Source: PVC group bacterium (GTDB lineage Bacteria; Auribacterota; Erginobacteria; Erginobacterales; Erginobacteraceae). From it: a DNA stretch of 11,416 nt. A program made the position numbers and the translations under genes. Location of the stretch: NCBI GenBank assembly GCA_043804695.1, contig JAZDIV010000104.1:1-11416 (forward strand), read 5' to 3'. The notes under the pieces were generated by a model. It saw only the letters and a list, made by a program, of their open reading frames with translations, was not told where the DNA came from and searched no databases. Shown here piece after piece: positions 7,679 to 11,416 of this stretch. How positions within the stretch are numbered: position 1 is the first letter of the stretch; each line of letters starts with the position of its first letter.

Positions 7679-8629
7679 TTGAAAGAATACAATAATACCC
7701 CGGTGTTAGTTACCGGCGCCGAGGGGTTTATCGGGTCCGCGTTGGTTCACCGTTTGGCCCGGGAAGGGGCCCGGGTTTCAGCCGAGGTCCATCCGTCCGC
7801 TCCGCGGGATCGCCTGACTGGTCTGGAGGATACGGTCCGGATATATTCCCTCGACATCCGTGACCGGGCCGGCCTGGTCAAGATGGCGGAGGAGTCCCCG
7901 CCCCGGAAGATATTCCACCTCGCCGCCATGACCGATGTCGGCCGGGGATGGGAGAAGATCGAGGAGGCTCTTTCAGTGAACCTGGGCGGGACCGTCAATC
8001 TGCTGAGCGCGCTCAGCCGGGTTGATCACGAGATCGTGATCGCCGCCTGCACCGCCGAGGCCTATGGGCGGAACCCGGCGCCGTTTAAAGAGGAGATGCC
8101 CCTCGACCCGATCTCGCCGTACTCCTTCTCAAAAGCCGCGGCCACCCTGTTCTGCCGGATGGCCGCTGCGTCCCTCGGCGTCTCGATCCGGATCCTGCGC
8201 CTCTTTCTCGTTTATGGGCCGGGGCAGGGGGAGGAACGGTTTCTTCCCCAGGTGATCCGGGCCGGTCTGACCGGGGCGCCGATCCGGATGACGGCCGGGG
8301 AGCAGACCAGGGAGTACACCTATATTGACGACGCAGTGGAAGGTTTCCTGATGGCGGCGAAAGACGGCCCTGGCGGCGGCGAGGTCTTTAACCTGGGGAC
8401 CGGGGAAGAGGTCTCCCTGCGCGAACTGGTGGCACTGATCGATTCGATGATGGAGGGCGTGGTCCGGGTTGACCCGGAGGTGCTCCCCTACCGGGAGAAC
8501 GAGATCCGGCGGTTTGTGGGAGATCACAGAAAGTTCCGGGAAGCGTTTGGCTGGGCCCCGGCGGTCAGCCTGAAGGACGGCCTGGAAGAGACTATCAGCT
8601 GGTACCGCCATAACCCGATTTATAAATAA
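7679..8629 (+). CDS. NAD(P)-dependent sugar-nucleotide epimerase/reductase (extended SDR), probable CDP-4-keto-6-deoxyhexose reductase
   Basis: TTG start. Motifs VLVTGAEGFIG, IFHLAA, CTAEAYG, PISPYSFSK (YxxxK), LRLFLVYGPGQ, GEQTREYTYIDD, FNLGTG. The reductase role is inferred from its position after rfbF and the rfbG-like gene. Confidence 0.85.
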   Translation: MKEYNNTPVLVTGAEGFIGSALVHRLAREGARVSAEVHPSAPRDRLTGLEDTVRIYSLDIRDRAGLVKMAEESPPRKIFHLAAMTDVGRGWEKIEEALSVNLGGTVNLLSALSRVDHEIVIAACTAEAYGRNPAPFKEEMPLDPISPYSFSKAAATLFCRMAAASLGVSIRILRLFLVYGPGQGEERFLPQVIRAGLTGAPIRMTAGEQTREYTYIDDAVEGFLMAAKDGPGGGEVFNLGTGEEVSLRELVALIDSMMEGVVRVDPEVLPYRENEIRRFVGDHRKFREAFGWAPAVSLKDGLEETISWYRHNPIYK

Positions 8630-8738
8630 ATCGGGTTAGTTTTGAAGAATGCCAGAGCTGGTATTAATAGCAGTGTAATCATTTATTAATCATGGTGCAG
8701 ATCCGGCCAGACACCCGGTAATACGAATTTGTGGTTCA

Positions 8739-9818
8739 GTGAACGAAAGGAACAAGCGAAAGACAGTATTTCTGAATCTCCTGCTTCTAGTCATCACTGT
8801 GGTTGTGGTCATTGTTCTGGCCGAGACCGGTTACCGGGCATATAAGGTGGCGCGGCTGCCGGCTCCTCCGGAGGAACAACCGGCCACCTGGGTCTGCTAC
8901 CACGAAACGCTGGGGTGGACCCACATCCCGAATGCCAGTATCGGGAAAATCTATATCGACCGGCACGGTTTCCGGAGCGGGTATGAAGAGGAGAAAAACG
9001 GTCCTCTGCCGGAGAAGATCATAGCCGCCTTCGGGGATTCGTTCACTTTCGCCGATGGCCTGAACGGTTCCAGCGCCTGGCCGTACCTGCTCGGGAAAAT
9101 GACCGAAAAACGGGGCTTCGGGGTGGTGAACGCGGGTGTCTGCGCCTACGGGGTCGACCAGATGTACCTCCGCTACCGGGAAAAGGCAGAAGGTCTGGAA
9201 CCCGTGGTTGTCCTGGCCGGGATCATCGGCTGGGATATTCAGCGTGTGGTCAGGTCACGATGGAAGGACGGTGGGAGGCACAAGCCCCGCTTTGTCTACC
9301 GGGACGGCGGGATCACGCTCGATCACGTGCCGGTTCCGCTGGAGCTGGAGGAAGACCTCCAGGCAACCCGATGGCACGACATCATCTTTGATCACAAGAA
9401 GTTGTACCTCTTCGACCGCTTCTTCCCGCCGGAGGAACGTCTCTGGAAGTCGCTTCCGAAGATCCCCCCGAACGTCTATGAAGCGAAAAACATCCCGTTG
9501 AATAAATACGCCGAAGGCGTGCTCCTCACCCAGGAGATCATAGAAGAGTGGCGGGAGGAAGTCGAAGGGGAGGGGCGGCGGTTCATCCTGATCCTGATCC
9601 CCCTGAGGGAGCGAGTCTACTATTATCACTCTTACCTGGTGACCCTGAGGGACAATTTGGCCCGCCAGGGTGTGGAGATAGTCGATTGCCAGAAGGCCTT
9701 CCAGGCGGCGGAACGGGACGGCAAGGACCTCTTCCGGGGGGCGCACCCGTCCCGCCAGGGCCAGGAAGTAATTGCCGGAGAGGTCTATTATTATCTGGTG
9801 AGCACCGGGGCAATTTGA
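8739..9818 (+). CDS. Membrane-anchored SGNH/GDSL hydrolase-family protein (possible polysaccharide O-acetyltransferase/esterase)
   Basis: GTG start, basic N-terminus plus one transmembrane helix, LGW motif, block I AFGDSFTF, block II VVNAGVCAYG and C-terminal HPSRQGQEVIA. Confidence 0.82.
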   Translation: MNERNKRKTVFLNLLLLVITVVVVIVLAETGYRAYKVARLPAPPEEQPATWVCYHETLGWTHIPNASIGKIYIDRHGFRSGYEEEKNGPLPEKIIAAFGDSFTFADGLNGSSAWPYLLGKMTEKRGFGVVNAGVCAYGVDQMYLRYREKAEGLEPVVVLAGIIGWDIQRVVRSRWKDGGRHKPRFVYRDGGITLDHVPVPLELEEDLQATRWHDIIFDHKKLYLFDRFFPPEERLWKSLPKIPPNVYEAKNIPLNKYAEGVLLTQEIIEEWREEVEGEGRRFILILIPLRERVYYYHSYLVTLRDNLARQGVEIVDCQKAFQAAERDGKDLFRGAHPSRQGQEVIAGEVYYYLVSTGAI

Positions 9819-9820
9819 TA

Positions 9821-9877
9821 TATAAATTAGCGGCTTCGCCGCTACTTTATAATGGACCCGACTTCGTCGGGTCTGTT
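9821..9877 (+). terminator. Two tandem GC-rich hairpins after the SGNH gene (probable terminator or transcript-end structure)
   Basis: TAGCGGC-TTC-GCCGCTA (9828-9844) followed by CTTTATAA, then GACCCGAC-TTC-GTCGGGTC (9855-9873) followed by TGTT. The U-tracts are weak. Confidence 0.55.
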
Positions 9878-9987
9878 GGTTAAATCAAAATAATTTCATC
9901 GAGGCAATTGCATAAAAAAGCCTTTCAACCATCAGCCGACATTTGTCTCCCGGGATATGATTTTTCTGTCGGTTTGAGGTATACCGC

Positions 9988-10014
9988 TCTTATTTTTTCT
10001 CTGAAAAAATAAGA
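9988..10014. promoter_or_regulatory. Perfect 12-bp AT-rich inverted repeat
   Basis: TCTTATTTTTTC-TCT-GAAAAAATAAGA. The function (operator or hairpin) is inferred. Confidence 0.5.
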
Positions 10015-10123
10015 TTATTGAAATTCCGAAGCAGCAAGTTAGCTTCGCAACTGTGGGAGCGGCTTTCAGCCGCGATTATCGGGGCAGGATGCCCCTCCCG
10101 CAGACATTTATTGAAATTCCGAA
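10015..10123 (+). repeat. Exact 16-bp direct repeat TTATTGAAATTCCGAA (10015-10030 and 10108-10123)
   Basis: Both copies were read directly and are 93 bp apart start to start. They enclose the REP doublet. Confidence 0.9.
10051..10103. mobile_element. REP doublet (REPIN-like), GT(A/G)G-headed REP family
   Basis: CTGTGGGAGCGGCTTTCAGCCGCGA (10051-10075, +) and CTGCGGGAGGGGCATCCTGCCCCGA (10103-10079, -) are 19/25 identical and inverted, with a 3-nt spacer. Each has a 6-bp internal stem. The layout matches RAYT-associated REPs (GTAG/GTGG head, GA, palindrome, GA). Confidence 0.8.
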
Positions 10124-10138
10124 ATCGCATAAAATATC

Positions 10139-11137
10139 ATGTCTGACAATGAAGATATACGTCTGGAGAACGCCAGACTGCCCAAAGTCACGGTTATCAC
10201 GCCGATCTACAATAACGCCCGGATGATCGGGGAATGCCTGGAGAGCCTGCTGCCCCAGGACTACCCGGATTACGACGTGATCGTGGTGGACGACGGATCG
10301 ACCGACGACACGCCGGAGGTGGTCCGGCGGTACCCGGTCCAGCTGATCACCGGTCCCCACCTGGGGATATCCGCCGCCCGCAACCAGGCGATCAAGGTCG
10401 CCGGGGGCGAGATCATCATCACCATGGACTCCGACCTCAAGGTCCCCCCGGACCTGATCAGAAGGATGGTGACGCCGCTCCTCACCGACGAAAAGCGGGG
10501 GGTGGTGATGTCCTGGTGGGACATCAGCAACCCGGAGAGCCTGGTGGCTTCACTGATTTTCCGGGGGTACGAGTACTTCATCCGCAATCTTGACGAGCCG
10601 AACTTCTTCTGGGGCTACTGCTTCGCGATCAAGAAGAAAATCTTCGACGAGATCGGCCTCTTCGACGAGTCGCTTCCCCTGGTCGAGGACGTGGACTTCG
10701 CCTACCGGATGGTCCATGCCGGCTACACGATCAAGATCCTCAAGGATGTCCGGGTCCGGCATCATTTCCGGGGCCAACTCCTCAAGCACCTCCAGCGCCA
10801 TTTCAAGACCGCCCGCCATAAATTCCTGTACGTCCGCCGGACCGGCCGGTTCACCGATCAACGAGGAACCGTCTTCGAATACATCAAGCTCCTTCTCCAT
10901 TTTCTCACCCTGCTCTCGATCGTTCTCATCCCCTGGTACCCCTGGATCTTTGTCACCCTTCTGGTCCTCTCCCTGCTCAGCCATCTTCAGATGACGATCT
11001 GGTCGATGAAGAAAGGATTCCGGTATATCCTGATGATGCCGTTCAAGTTCCTGACCAAAATGGTCTGGTCCTTGGGGGTGATCCAGGGGACCTGGTGGCT
11101 GATCCGGAGATATAACCCCTCGCCCAGAGATCTATAA
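10139..11137 (+). CDS. GT2 family glycosyltransferase with C-terminal transmembrane helices
   Basis: KVTVITPIYN, VIVVDDGSTDDT, GISAARN, DxD motif MDSD, IGLFDE, EDVDFAYR and a hydrophobic C-terminal ~90 aa. Confidence 0.92.
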   Translation: MSDNEDIRLENARLPKVTVITPIYNNARMIGECLESLLPQDYPDYDVIVVDDGSTDDTPEVVRRYPVQLITGPHLGISAARNQAIKVAGGEIIITMDSDLKVPPDLIRRMVTPLLTDEKRGVVMSWWDISNPESLVASLIFRGYEYFIRNLDEPNFFWGYCFAIKKKIFDEIGLFDESLPLVEDVDFAYRMVHAGYTIKILKDVRVRHHFRGQLLKHLQRHFKTARHKFLYVRRTGRFTDQRGTVFEYIKLLLHFLTLLSIVLIPWYPWIFVTLLVLSLLSHLQMTIWSMKKGFRYILMMPFKFLTKMVWSLGVIQGTWWLIRRYNPSPRDL

Positions 11138-11146
11138 AAGAAGCGG

Positions 11147-11416
11147 ATCAGGGGATCAGGATATCAGTGGGGAGGAGATCAGGTTATCAGGATATCAGTG
11201 GGAAGAAGATCAGATGATCAGGGTATCAGTGGGCAGGAGATCAGATAAACAGGATATCAGTGGGCAGGTGATCAGAGGATCAGAAGATCGGTGGGCAGGT
11301 GATCAGAGGATCAGGGGACCAGCGGGAAGGGTATCAGAATATCAGGGGATCCGGTAGGGGAACCGGCCTCAGCTGATAACCTGATATCCGGGTATTCTGC
11401 CCACTAATATCCTGAT
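11147..11416. repeat. 31-bp tandem repeat array (7 units, +) followed by inverted units, truncated by the window end
   Basis: Units start at 11147, 11178, 11209, 11240, 11271, 11302 and 11333, with consensus ATCAGnnn-ATCAGGnn-ATCAGTGGGnAGnnG. The reverse complement of 11373-11416 is atcaggat attagtgggcagaat acccggat atcaggtt atcag. Confidence 0.93.

Noticed and set aside
8642..8668. Possible promoter TTGAAG...TATTAA upstream of the SGNH gene
   Set aside because: The spacer is only 14 nt and the AT-rich context produces such matches by chance.
11147..11363. CRISPR array interpretation of the 31-bp repeats
   Set aside because: Units are contiguous with no unique 25-45 bp spacers, variation is confined to short linkers, the array inverts, and no cas gene is in the window.

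Overview
GC-rich bacterial (Gram-negative, lpxA-bearing) cell-envelope locus with every credible gene on the + strand. In order: 3' end of lpxA; a NupC/CNT nucleoside transporter; a large GT-C (ArnT/PMT-like) membrane glycosyltransferase with a C-terminal soluble domain; a DPM1-like GT2; glucose-1-phosphate cytidylyltransferase (rfbF) with an in-frame TAA just before its conserved C-terminal LWxxGxAPWK motif; a short membrane ORF that looks frameshifted or decayed; an RfbG-like NDP-sugar 4,6-dehydratase; a second extended SDR; an atypical membrane-anchored SGNH protein; and a GT2 with C-terminal helices. The most unusual content is non-coding. Most intergenic gaps hold a palindromic element: (i) a 31-bp tandem array built from ATCAGnnn octamers that flips orientation near 11365-11372 and runs off the window end, with a second dispersed copy at ~7551-7646; (ii) a long hairpin built from GGTAAC-like hexamers upstream of nupC; (iii) a REP doublet (REPIN-like) with compensatory changes, bracketed by an exact 16-bp direct repeat; (iv) two perfect AT-rich palindromes. 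No rRNA, tRNA, CRISPR array, transposase or phage gene was recognised. All product calls are by motif recognition and no database searches were run.
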